64,000 nt of DNA. It comes from Candidatus Woesearchaeota archaeon. Its GTDB lineage: Archaea > Nanobdellota > Nanobdellia > Pacearchaeales > GW2011-AR1. Where the stretch lies: contig CAZOEF010000004.1 in the NCBI GenBank assembly GCA_964578845.1, forward strand, positions 1,562 to 65,561. Reading direction: 5' to 3'. The notes below the pieces were generated by a model. The model was not told the origin of the DNA and did not search any database. It worked only from the letters and a program-made list of their open reading frames with translations. Position 1 is the stretch's first letter. Each line of letters begins with the position of its first letter. The position numbers and the translations under genes are program-made. Positions 17,371-26,040 of the stretch are shown in pieces.

Positions 17371-19080
17371 TTACTCCCCGTGATTATCTCTTTTAGGATG
17401 ATCATGCCCTTCTTTCAGTCTTTCATGCAGGTCCTGCAGATGTTTTTTCTTCTCTAAGAAGATCTTATCCTTTTTCATCCCCTTCTCAAGAAAGACTTGC
17501 GCTATATATTCTCCTCCCAAAAAGTGGGGCATTATAACATAATCAGCCCCAAGTTCATATAATGCTTTAGCATCATTTATGGTATGGGCAGTAGGCAAGA
17601 ACATCGTCCTGTCATTCTTTATCTCCTCGAATATTGTCTCATTTGTCTCAAGATCAGGAATTGTCGAGATTATTGCCTCTGCCTTATTTATCGGGAGGCT
17701 AGCTACAAATTCATAATCATTAGCATCCCCGTAAATGCATTGAACACCTTTCTCTGTAAGCTTATCTATTGTCTTAGGATTGTAATCAACTACTAAATAT
17801 TTTTTCTTGGAAGAGTCTAATGCCTTAAGCAAGCTATATCCTATCCTGTTATATCCAAATAATATAATATCATAATGCTGGTTCTTTGATACTCTCTCAT
17901 CGCGCTTTCCCTTGCTATCAAAGATCTTTAGTGAAGGTGAGAGGAAATTGTACAGTCTTCTTGAATAATATATTGAGTAGCTGCTTAGCGCTATTGTTAT
18001 TAATGCTATCAATATTCCGGTGGATAATATCGACTGGTCTATTGCGCCCAAGGTAAACCCTACAAATAACAGTATTAGTGAGAATTCACTTATCTGTGCT
18101 ATGCTGATTCCTGTCAGGAAACTGGTCTGTTTCTTGTAGCCAAACATTTTCATAAATGCCATGATTATAATAGGATTTCCTAGCAATACTAATGCTGATA
18201 ATATACTAGCTATTGTTAGCATCTGGTAAGTTATAGGGCCAACTAACAAGCTTCCGAAGAACACTAAATGTATTATCACGAAGAATTCCCTTAATCCTTT
18301 TACTCTGCTGCTTATTTCCAGGCTGAACTTGGAGGAAGCTAAAGTCATTCCAGCGATCAATGCACCTATTTCCACAGAGAACCCTAATTCACTGAATAGC
18401 ACCGAGATCATTAATGCCCATCCTAGACTGAACAAGAATAATACTTCCTGGCTTTTAGCAGCTACATTTAGTACTCGGGGGATTATCAGGTGTGAGAATA
18501 AAAATACTGTAACTACTAAGAATAATCCTTGCAACAATTTTTCTAATGCAGGTACTGCGCCGGATGAATTCACTAAAGGTATCATCATCAGGGCTATTGC
18601 AGCTATGAAATCCTGGACTATCAATATTCCGATAGATATTTTTCCGTGCAAAGTGTCTGTCTCACCCTTATCTGATAATAGTTTCACAACAACAACTGTA
18701 GATGAGAAAGCCAAAGCTGCAGCAATATACAATGCAGGTACATGCGCCAATCCTAGTGAGATAGCTATAAAATATCCGATAACAGATGTTATCAATACTT
18801 GTCCTGTGCCTGCAACAAGTGAGACAAGCCCTACTTCCTTTAATACCCTGAAATCTAAGCTTAATCCTACTATAAACAATAAGAAGGCTATTCCCATATG
18901 GGCGAATATCTCTATCAGTTCTGCTGAATGCAATAAGTCAAAGAATAATGGCCCTATCAATATCCCAGTCAATAAATAAGCGATCAAAGTAGGCTGCTTG
19001 ATAAATCTTCCCAGTAAAGCAAGCACAGCTGCAATGCCTATTATTAACGTCAGCTCCCACAAAATCAAACTTCCAGCCAT
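17371..19080 (-). CDS. CPA2 (Kef-type) monovalent cation:proton antiporter with C-terminal RCK/TrkA-N domain
   Basis: About 12 TM helices followed by the Rossmann segment IILFGYNRIGYSLLKAL. Confidence 0.85.
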   Translation of the reverse strand: MAGSLILWELTLIIGIAAVLALLGRFIKQPTLIAYLLTGILIGPLFFDLLHSAELIEIFAHMGIAFLLFIVGLSLDFRVLKEVGLVSLVAGTGQVLITSVIGYFIAISLGLAHVPALYIAAALAFSSTVVVVKLLSDKGETDTLHGKISIGILIVQDFIAAIALMMIPLVNSSGAVPALEKLLQGLFLVVTVFLFSHLIIPRVLNVAAKSQEVLFLFSLGWALMISVLFSELGFSVEIGALIAGMTLASSKFSLEISSRVKGLREFFVIIHLVFFGSLLVGPITYQMLTIASILSALVLLGNPIIIMAFMKMFGYKKQTSFLTGISIAQISEFSLILLFVGFTLGAIDQSILSTGILIALITIALSSYSIYYSRRLYNFLSPSLKIFDSKGKRDERVSKNQHYDIILFGYNRIGYSLLKALDSSKKKYLVVDYNPKTIDKLTEKGVQCIYGDANDYEFVASLPINKAEAIISTIPDLETNETIFEEIKNDRTMFLPTAHTINDAKALYELGADYVIMPHFLGGEYIAQVFLEKGMKKDKIFLEKKKHLQDLHERLKEGHDHPKRDNHGE

Positions 19081-19175
19081 TAACTCCTCTTTATCTAGAC
19101 GTCGAAAGGTAATTTTATATATGTTACTGAGCTGATTTTTTCATTCATATTCATCACACATTGGCTGTGATGGAA

Positions 19176-19204
19176 GCGCCCGCCTCACGCGGCGATGCGG
19201 GCGC
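19176..19204 (+). promoter_or_regulatory. GC-rich hairpin (GCGCCCGC - 13 nt - GCGGGCGC) 10 nt upstream of the NUDIX start
   Basis: Perfect 8-bp inverted repeat. 25 of 29 nt are G/C in an otherwise AT-rich intergenic region. Confidence 0.4.
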
Positions 19205-19213
19205 ACATTAAAA

Positions 19214-19609
19214 ATGAGAAAAACAATAACAGGAGTTTTCATTAAGGAGAATAAGATTCTTTTAGTCAAAAAGAACTATCATTGGATGATTCCAGGAGGC
19301 AAACCTAATGAAGGAGAATCTCCCTTAGAGACTTTAGCAAGAGAAATAGGAATCGAGGAACTTCCAGGCACTGAAATGGATTTGACCAGCGCTCAATATT
19401 ATGGCCACTTTGATGGAATATCCCCCAATAAAAGACTTCCCACAAGGACTGAATTGTATATAGTGAAAGAATTTGGAAAGATAGGCAAGCCTTCAGCAGA
19501 AATAAGCGACGCAGATTGGTTTTCTTACATTGAAGCAAATAATCTACAGTTAACAGAAGCCGCTATAAAGGCACTTAATTCTTTGAGAGATAAGAGTTAT
19601 CTCGCCTAA
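19214..19609 (+). CDS. NUDIX hydrolase
   Basis: Nudix box GGKPNEGESPLETLAREIGIEEL. Confidence 0.85.
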   Translation: MRKTITGVFIKENKILLVKKNYHWMIPGGKPNEGESPLETLAREIGIEELPGTEMDLTSAQYYGHFDGISPNKRLPTRTELYIVKEFGKIGKPSAEISDADWFSYIEANNLQLTEAAIKALNSLRDKSYLA

Positions 19610-19612
19610 AGA

Positions 19613-19620
19613 TTTAAAAA
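19613..19620 (+). promoter_or_regulatory. TATA box (TTTAAAAA) starting 29 nt upstream of rps10 ATG 19642
   Basis: Phased TATA pattern. Confidence 0.6.
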
Positions 19621-19641
19621 CCGATTTTTTCTAAAGAAGTC

Positions 19642-19950
19642 ATGGCTAGAGTAAGGATCAAATTAAGCAGCGTAGACATCAACGCACTTAATTCAATAAT
19701 CGATATGATTAGAGATATCTCTGGCAAGGCAGGCGTTAATATGAGAGGGCCTATTCCTTTGCCTACTAGAAGAATGAAGATAACTACCAGGAAATCTCCT
19801 TGCGGAGACGGAACAGCAACATTCGACAGGTTCGAGATGAGAGTCCACAAGAGAATAGTTGATATTCCTGCAGAAGACAGAGTTTTGCATCCTATAATGA
19901 TGCTAAAGATCCCTAGGTCTGTCCAGATAAAGATAGAGATGAAGGATTAA
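19642..19950 (+). CDS. rps10: 30S ribosomal protein S10 (uS10)
   Basis: MARVRIKLSS...GPIPLPT...TTRKSPCGDGT.TFDRFEMRVHKR is the canonical archaeal S10 sequence. Confidence 0.95.
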   Translation: MARVRIKLSSVDINALNSIIDMIRDISGKAGVNMRGPIPLPTRRMKITTRKSPCGDGTATFDRFEMRVHKRIVDIPAEDRVLHPIMMLKIPRSVQIKIEMKD

Positions 19951-19970
19951 TAATAAAGCTTTTTAGTAAT

Positions 19971-20954
19971 CTAACCTTTGAATTTGTCCCTTTCTTTTTC
20001 ATCAAATCCACCTACTACTGTTATAGGTGCTTTCAATGTCGGATGAGGGTCATAATCTACTAGTTCAAAATCTTCGAAGACAAAATCATCTATTTCTTTC
20101 TTATCAGGATTTATCTTTATCCTTGGGAATGGCTTAGGCTCTCTTGAAACTTGCTCATTAACCTGCTCATAATGGTCTCCATAAACATGAATATCTCCAT
20201 AAGTATGAACGAAATCCCCTGGTTCATAACCGCACACCTGGGCTAAAATCATTGTCAATAATGAATAAGATGCTATATTGAAAGGCACTCCTAGAAATGC
20301 GTCACAGCTTCGTTGGTATAATTGAAGAGATAATTTCCCATTTGTTACATTGATATTGAATAATACATGGCAGGGAGGTATTGCCATAGTGGTTCCTGGC
20401 TCTGACATCTCATAGATAAATGCAGGATTCCACGCAGATACGCATACATGTTTCCTATCAGGGTAATTCTTTGTTTTCCATATCGCCCACTTCAACTGGT
20501 CTATTTCTTTTTGTCCAGCCTGCCACTTTCTCCACTGTCTTCCGTAGACTGGCCCTAATTCTCCCCATTTCTTCACGAATTCAGAATCCTTCTCTGATTC
20601 TTTTATCTTGCTAGCAAATTCTTCCATACTCAGTTTAGGGACTTCGCCTTTTTCAGCAGCCTTATTGTATTCCTTATACGCCCAGTCATCCCAGATATGG
20701 ACATCATTATCTATCAAATATTTTATATTGGTCTCTCCCCGCAAAAACCATAATAATTCATGGATTATACCTTTCATAAATACTTTCTTTGTAGTGAGTA
20801 AAGGGAATCCCTTAGATAGATCAAACCTTATCTGCCTTCCAAAAACACTCTTTAATTTATTTCCTGTAGCATAATCAGTTTTCTCATAGCCGTTCTCCAT
20901 TATATCCCTTAGAATATCTAAATATTGCTCTTCAGGGTGCCTCTCTTTTGACAT
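19971..20954 (-). CDS. thyA: Thymidylate synthase ThyA, long form with an inserted small domain
   Basis: GFPLLTTKK, GPVYGRQWR, PPCH active-site Cys and QRSCDAFLGVPFNIASY. At 327 aa it carries an insert of about 50 aa, as in L. casei-type ThyA. Confidence 0.95.
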   Translation of the reverse strand: MSKERHPEEQYLDILRDIMENGYEKTDYATGNKLKSVFGRQIRFDLSKGFPLLTTKKVFMKGIIHELLWFLRGETNIKYLIDNDVHIWDDWAYKEYNKAAEKGEVPKLSMEEFASKIKESEKDSEFVKKWGELGPVYGRQWRKWQAGQKEIDQLKWAIWKTKNYPDRKHVCVSAWNPAFIYEMSEPGTTMAIPPCHVLFNINVTNGKLSLQLYQRSCDAFLGVPFNIASYSLLTMILAQVCGYEPGDFVHTYGDIHVYGDHYEQVNEQVSREPKPFPRIKINPDKKEIDDFVFEDFELVDYDPHPTLKAPITVVGGFDEKERDKFKG

Positions 20955-21012
20955 GATAATCTAGATGCTCATGCTTTTTTAAGAATTGTTATAGTTAAGG
21001 ATAACATATAAT

Positions 21013-21020
21013 TTTATAAA
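21013..21020 (+). promoter_or_regulatory. TATA box (TTTATAAA) starting 29 nt upstream of dut ATG 21042
   Basis: The phasing supports ATG 21042 over the track start TTG 21036. Confidence 0.6.
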
Positions 21021-21041
21021 ACATCTAAAAGATAATTGTAT

Positions 21042-21473
21042 ATGCAAAAAGTCAAGGTGAAGATAAAAAGATTGCATTCCGAAGCTAAAATTCCCATACA
21101 TGCCACAGAGCATGCTGCAGGGTTTGATATTTATTCACTTGATGATGTTAATGTAAATCCTGGAGAGACAAAAAAAATTCCTACAGGAATAGCTTTCGAG
21201 ATCCCTCTTGGACATTATGTTAGGATCGAAGACCGTTCAGGTTTGGCTATAAAAGGCATCCACAAGGTTGCAGGAGTGATAGATGCTGATTACAGGGGAG
21301 AAGTTCATATAGTCCTGCATAATTCAACAAATGAACCATTCCATATTGAGAAGCATGATCGCATAGCCCAAGGGATAATAACTCCTGTCCTGCAGGCTGA
21401 TTTTGAGGAAGCAATGGAATTATCAGAGACCGTGAGAGGATCTGGAGGATTCCACTCAACAGGGAAAAAATGA
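21042..21473 (+). CDS. dut: dUTP diphosphatase (trimeric dUTPase)
   Basis: AAGFDIYS, RSGLA.K and GVIDADYRGE motifs, with a C-terminal RGSGGFHSTG motif 5. Confidence 0.9.
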   Translation: MQKVKVKIKRLHSEAKIPIHATEHAAGFDIYSLDDVNVNPGETKKIPTGIAFEIPLGHYVRIEDRSGLAIKGIHKVAGVIDADYRGEVHIVLHNSTNEPFHIEKHDRIAQGIITPVLQADFEEAMELSETVRGSGGFHSTGKK

Positions 21474-22561
21474 TAACAATAATAGCAGGGATTGCACAGA
21501 ATAATATTATAGGAAATAAAGGCGAATTACCTTGGCATATTCCTGAAGACCTAAAAAGATTCAAGGAATTAACACTAAACAAGCCAGTAATCATGGGAAG
21601 AAAGACCTATGAATCTATTGTTAAAAAATTAGGAAAGCCTTTGCCTCAAAGAGTAAACATTGTCGTGACTTCTCAGGAAGATTATCCTGTTTCAGAGGGA
21701 GTAGTTACTGCCAAGAATATATATGAAGCTATTGAATCTGCAAAAAATTATGGAGATTCTATCTACATCATAGGCGGGCAGAACGTTTATGAGCAGACTT
21801 TAAAATTAGCAGATAAATTAGAAATAACTCAAATTAATAAGGAATATGAAGGGGATTCTTTCTTTCCGAAAATTAGCAATGAGTGGAAAAAAGTAAAGAG
21901 TGAACAGAAAGAAGGGTTTAGTTTTGATACCTATCAAAGAAATAAAGGGACATTCATAGCGTTTGAAGGCATAGACGGCTGCGGGAAAAGTACGCAAATA
22001 AGAAAATTGACTCAATATATTTTCGAAAAAAACAAGTACAATCATGTGATCCTTACAAGGAATCCCTACAAAGATACATCAATTAGAAAGACAATCCTTG
22101 AAAATGATGATCCTCACACGCAAGCTGATAAATTAGCCGACTTGTTTATCAAGGACAGATTTCTCCATGCAGAAGAAATAGTCAAACCAAATATTCAGAA
22201 GGGCCATTTTGTCTTGACTGATCGATATAAATTTTCAACTATCTGCTATCAATCAGCCCAGGGTCTAGCCATGGACGACCTGATAAAAAAACAGGAGGGC
22301 CTGCCTGTTCCAGACATGACTTTCATTATGGATGTTTCTCCAGAGGTTGCCAGAGAGAGGATTAGAAAAGATGATGCCTCAATAAGAGGAAAAGAGCATA
22401 AGTTCGAAGCACATTTAGATTTTACAACAAAACTAAGGGAGAATTATCTTAAGGCTGCAGAAATTATGAAATCAAAAGGAGAAAAAATATTCATAATCAA
22501 CGCAGAAAGATCTCCTGAAGAGATATTTGAAGATATAAAGAGTATCTTTGATGATCAATAA
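21470..22561 (+). CDS. Bifunctional dihydrofolate reductase / thymidylate kinase fusion
   Basis: Residues 1 to about 160 are DHFR (IIAGIAQNNIIGNKGELPWHIPEDLKRFKELT..VIMGRKTYESI..IIGG). From about 165 to 363 it is Tmk (FIAFEGIDGCGKSTQ P-loop, LTDRYKFST). It is a single ORF whose ATGA overlaps the dut stop. Confidence 0.85.
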   Translation: MITIIAGIAQNNIIGNKGELPWHIPEDLKRFKELTLNKPVIMGRKTYESIVKKLGKPLPQRVNIVVTSQEDYPVSEGVVTAKNIYEAIESAKNYGDSIYIIGGQNVYEQTLKLADKLEITQINKEYEGDSFFPKISNEWKKVKSEQKEGFSFDTYQRNKGTFIAFEGIDGCGKSTQIRKLTQYIFEKNKYNHVILTRNPYKDTSIRKTILENDDPHTQADKLADLFIKDRFLHAEEIVKPNIQKGHFVLTDRYKFSTICYQSAQGLAMDDLIKKQEGLPVPDMTFIMDVSPEVARERIRKDDASIRGKEHKFEAHLDFTTKLRENYLKAAEIMKSKGEKIFIINAERSPEEIFEDIKSIFDDQ

Positions 22562-23790
22562 ACAGGAAATTCATCACAAAGCTCTTTGACCTTGTCTTTA
22601 ATCATCTCCTGAAGTTTTTCATCTTTTGGAGATTTTATCACTTCAGCTATCCATTTTCCTACTAGCTTCATCTCCTGTTCTTTCATCCCTCGCGTAGTTA
22701 GTATCGGAGTGCCTAACCTTAAACCTGATGGCTTGAACGGAGTCGAAGGATCATAAGGAACAGTGTTAGCATTTAAGCATATTCCCGCGTTTTCGAGAGA
22801 AACAGCGATCTCTTTTCCTAATCCAATTCCAAAATTTCTTAAGTCTATCAAGATAAGGTGATTATCTGTTCCATCAGTAACTAATTTCATTCCTTCAGCC
22901 ATTAAAGTTTCAGCAAGGGCCTTGGCGTTTTTGACGATCTGTTTAGCATATTCCTTGAATTCAGGCTGCAATGCTTCCTGAAAAGCAATAGCTTTTGCCG
23001 CAGTTGTATGGCCATGCGGTCCGCCCTGCGTTCCTGGGAAAACTGCCTTGTCAATATCTTTAGCAAATCTTTCCTTGCACATTATCATTCCGCCTCGTGG
23101 TCCTCTCAAAGTCTTATGGGTAGTAGTTGTGACAATATCAGTGAATGGAAAAGGCGAAGGATGCACGCCTGCAGCAATAAGTCCTGCGATATGCGAGATG
23201 TCCGCCAAGTGAACAGCGCCAACTTCTTCAGCAATTTCCTGGAATCTTTTAAAATCTATCTTTCTAGGATAAGCTGTCAATCCTGAGATTATCAATTTGG
23301 GTCTTTCCTTTAGAGCAATCTCCCTTACCTTATCCATATCTAATAATTCAGTTTTCTCATCAACCCCATAAGAAATCTGCTTGTAGATCTTTCCAGAAAA
23401 ATTTACAGGACTTCCATGAGTCAAGTGCCCTCCGCAAGCTAGATCAAGCCCTAAGAATTTATCTCCTGGCTCTAGTAATGCTAAGAAGACTGAAAAATTA
23501 GCAGGGCTTCCAGATAAAGGCTGGACATTAACGTGCTCTGCGCCAAATAGTTTTTTAGCTCTTTCAATAGCTAAAGCCTCTATCTTATCAATATGTGCAT
23601 TTCCCTGATAATATCTCTTGAAAGGATATCCTTCAGAATATTTGTTCATTAGCACTGAGCCGGACGCTTCTAGAACAGCCTTAGAGACATAGTTCTCAGA
23701 AGGGATCATGTTCAGGACTGACTTTTGCCTTTCAAGTTCTGCTTCAATATGTCCATGTATTTCAGGATCACTCTCTTTTACTGAATGCAT
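22555..23790 (-). CDS. glyA: Serine hydroxymethyltransferase
   Basis: MIPSENY, YSEGYP.KRYYQG, and the PLP-lysine context TTTTHKTLRGPRGG. Confidence 0.95.
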   Translation of the reverse strand: MHSVKESDPEIHGHIEAELERQKSVLNMIPSENYVSKAVLEASGSVLMNKYSEGYPFKRYYQGNAHIDKIEALAIERAKKLFGAEHVNVQPLSGSPANFSVFLALLEPGDKFLGLDLACGGHLTHGSPVNFSGKIYKQISYGVDEKTELLDMDKVREIALKERPKLIISGLTAYPRKIDFKRFQEIAEEVGAVHLADISHIAGLIAAGVHPSPFPFTDIVTTTTHKTLRGPRGGMIMCKERFAKDIDKAVFPGTQGGPHGHTTAAKAIAFQEALQPEFKEYAKQIVKNAKALAETLMAEGMKLVTDGTDNHLILIDLRNFGIGLGKEIAVSLENAGICLNANTVPYDPSTPFKPSGLRLGTPILTTRGMKEQEMKLVGKWIAEVIKSPKDEKLQEMIKDKVKELCDEFPVY

Positions 23791-23811
23791 ACTTTTTCTT
23801 GAATGACAAAG

Positions 23812-23821
23812 CTTTTAATGA
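23812..23821. promoter_or_regulatory. Shared TATA element (CTTTTAATGA) serving divergent glyA and purN-like genes
   Basis: Read on the minus strand, ATTAAAAG starts 29 nt upstream of glyA ATG (23790). Read on the plus strand, TTTAATGA starts 29 nt upstream of ATG 23843. Confidence 0.5.
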
Positions 23822-23842
23822 TTGTGGTAATAAAATAATCTA

Positions 23843-24391
23843 ATGAAACTTGCTCTAATAACTTCCAATGAGCATAGGTATATCAAATCATTACAGCCGG
23901 ATTTAGTGATAATAGATAACCTAAAATCCCCAGTCATTGATTTCTGTAGTAAAAATAATATCGATTTCCAGATTGTTGATTTCAGCTCATTTATAGATCG
24001 GGAAGTATATGATGAGTCAATAATGAAAATTCTTGAAAAGAACAATATTGATTTAGTAATTCTTGGAGGTTACAAGAAGTTGATAAAAAGCAAAAACTTT
24101 CTTGATAGTTATTATGAAAGAATAATAAATATCCATAACTCTTTTCTGCCAGACTTTTCAGGATATAATCCGCATGAATCAGCATTTAATGCTGGAGCAA
24201 AAGAATCAGGATATACTCTGCATTATGTAGATTCAGGCATAGACACAGGAAGAATAATCTATCAGGAGAAGACAGATGTTTCGCATTGCAAATCAAGCCA
24301 GGAAGTCTATGATTTATTAGTGGAATCCTGCTGTAGCAAGATAAAAGAGATTATAAAAAATATTCCAACCCTCAACCTTAAAAACACATAA
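23843..24391 (+). CDS. Formyltransferase-domain protein (PurN / GAR transformylase-like)
   Basis: IINIHNSFLP and GYTLHYVDSGIDTGRIIYQ match the PurN catalytic N/H/D region. Confidence 0.7.
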   Translation: MKLALITSNEHRYIKSLQPDLVIIDNLKSPVIDFCSKNNIDFQIVDFSSFIDREVYDESIMKILEKNNIDLVILGGYKKLIKSKNFLDSYYERIINIHNSFLPDFSGYNPHESAFNAGAKESGYTLHYVDSGIDTGRIIYQEKTDVSHCKSSQEVYDLLVESCCSKIKEIIKNIPTLNLKNT

Positions 24392-24407
24392 TTCTAAAAA
24401 TATAAAT

Positions 24408-24489
24408 GCCGAAGTTGGGCAGTGGTAGCCCGCTTGCTTGGAGAGCAAGTTTCTGCAAAGATATGCAGGTTCGATTCCTGCCTTCGGCG
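24408..24489 (+). tRNA. tRNA-Ser (anticodon GGA), 82 nt with a long variable arm
   Basis: Acceptor GCCGAAG/CTTCGGC, D arm GGGC-AGTGGTA-GCCC, anticodon arm CTTGC-TTGGAGA-GCAAG, 15-nt variable region, T arm GCAGG-TTCGATT-CCTGC. Confidence 0.8.
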
Positions 24490-24545
24490 TTAATTAATAA
24501 GCTAAAAAAGAAAAAGTCTTTAAATCATCCTATTAAAAAACTGTA

Positions 24546-25385
24546 ATGGAAGCATTAGTCTTATTTGATTTACACTACCAAGATGCAAATCCTAACTCTC
24601 GGAAAAAACTTGATGAAATCTTAAGAATTCCAGTAGAATTTCAGGCAGTTATACTTGGGGGAGACAATGCAGAATTATCAGACGGATTGCATAATCATAG
24701 AGTTTTATTTAAGTCATTACGTGAAAGATTTAACTGCTCTCAAGGGTTTATTCTAGGAAATCATGAACTATGGGGGAGGTTAGCACATATATCTAGTAGA
24801 AGTTTACTTTATGATATATTCCCAGCCATAGGGCAAGAATACGGAATGATTTATTTGGAACAAGGAAATCTACAGATTAACGAAACAACATTTGTAGGAA
24901 CATATGGGCATTTTGATTATTCTTTTCTTAGAGAGGGAAAAGGGATAACAAGGGATATTCTGAAAAAAGGAGTTTTTGTTAAAGGGAAAAATAAGATTAA
25001 ATGGAAAGACATCCATTTGATGGATTGGGAAGGAAAGAATGATGCAGAAGTATGTAAAGAATTAGTGAGTGATTTTGAAAGAAGGTTACAAATGGTTAGT
25101 TCCCCACAAATAATAACTATCTCTCATACGTTGCCACGATTAGCACTCAATGGATGGCCCGATTCTCCAGAACAATATTTTATGGAAGCTTATAGCGGTT
25201 CTGATTTGATTGGAGATGCTTTAGAAAGGAACCATTCAAATTATCATTTTTGTGGGCATAGCCATATAAGGGCTGAAGCAACAATAGGGGAAACACCTGC
25301 GATAAATATTGGAGCAGATTATGATAATCTAAGATATGCTATCATTTCTATTGAAGGTGGCAGAAGTAAAGTTCAGGAAAGATAG
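24546..25385 (+). CDS. Calcineurin-like metallophosphoesterase
   Basis: DLH..., ILGGDNAE, GNHELW and CGHSH motifs. Confidence 0.7.
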   Translation: MEALVLFDLHYQDANPNSRKKLDEILRIPVEFQAVILGGDNAELSDGLHNHRVLFKSLRERFNCSQGFILGNHELWGRLAHISSRSLLYDIFPAIGQEYGMIYLEQGNLQINETTFVGTYGHFDYSFLREGKGITRDILKKGVFVKGKNKIKWKDIHLMDWEGKNDAEVCKELVSDFERRLQMVSSPQIITISHTLPRLALNGWPDSPEQYFMEAYSGSDLIGDALERNHSNYHFCGHSHIRAEATIGETPAINIGADYDNLRYAIISIEGGRSKVQER

Positions 25386-25514
25386 ATTAAGATAAAGTTC
25401 AAGCTTGAGTTCCCATCATCTCTAGTGTTTAAATTTCCTCGTCGGAAATTGGTTAGATACTAGTCTTAATTGAGACAAAATAAATATATAAAATAGAATC
25501 TCATATCTTTTATT

Positions 25515-25694
25515 ATGAATTCCAAGCCTACAATATGGAAAGTAATTGTTTTTATCCTGATTATCGTTCTAAATTATCTATACTTTCATTATTTGTCCGC
25601 TGATAAAGATTCAAATTTGGTTATAACGTTAGCTCCCAGTATTTTTATCTACTTAATATGGAGCTTATCTGAAAAAAATAGTAAATCTTCATAA
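25515..25694 (+). CDS. Small membrane protein (59 aa), below the track cutoff
   Basis: My translation is MNSKPTIWKVIVFILIIVLNYLYFHYLSADKDSNLVITLAPSIFIYLIWSLSEKNSKSS*, giving two TM helices. An AT-rich TATA-like box (ATATATAA) starts at 25486, 29 nt upstream. Confidence 0.4.
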   Translation: MNSKPTIWKVIVFILIIVLNYLYFHYLSADKDSNLVITLAPSIFIYLIWSLSEKNSKSS

Positions 25695-25812
25695 ACCATT
25701 AGCAATTCTGGGACAGTCCTATTTTTGCAAATCTGATTAATAAACTTCTCAGATTAAGTATCGATGGAGGTTAGACCTAAAAGCTTATATATGTGAATAC
25801 ACATCTTTACAC

Positions 25813-26040
25813 ATGGTAAACATAACTTTAGCCCTGCCAAAGGAACTTAAAGCTGAATTGCAGAAGCATAAAGAAGTAAATTGGAGTGCAGTAATAAGAA
25901 AAGCACTAGAAGAGCACCTTAGAAAGATAGAGATAGTTGAAGCAATAGCACAGAAAAGCAAGTTCACAAAGAAAGATGCTGAAGAAATGGCAAGAAAGGT
26001 TAAGAAAGAGATGGCTAGACGTCACGGTCTTATAAAATAA
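25813..26040 (+). CDS. Ribbon-helix-helix antitoxin (VapB-like)
   Basis: MVNITLALPKELKAEL... is an RHH-like N-terminus. It lies immediately upstream of a PIN gene, and CTTATATA starts 29 nt upstream of the ATG. Confidence 0.6.
   Translation: MVNITLALPKELKAELQKHKEVNWSAVIRKALEEHLRKIEIVEAIAQKSKFTKKDAEEMARKVKKEMARRHGLIK

Noticed and set aside
18329-18979. Long antisense ORFs inside strong genes (18329..18979, 47251..47955, 49035..49700, 60266..60904, 62015..62575, 35343..36092 and others)
   Set aside because: Each lies opposite a gene with clear family motifs (kef, infB, FAD oxidase, acidic secreted protein, gyrA, copA). Their Ser/Leu/Phe/Ile-rich translations are what GAA/AAG/GAT-rich codon usage gives on the opposite strand.
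21471-21473. Genome-wide TGA reassignment as an explanation for the in-frame TGA at 52410
   Set aside because: TGA clearly terminates genes at coupled junctions (dut/folA 21471-21473, VKOR/trx 11694-11696, infB 48434-48436, gyrB 63565-63567). The protein families end where expected.
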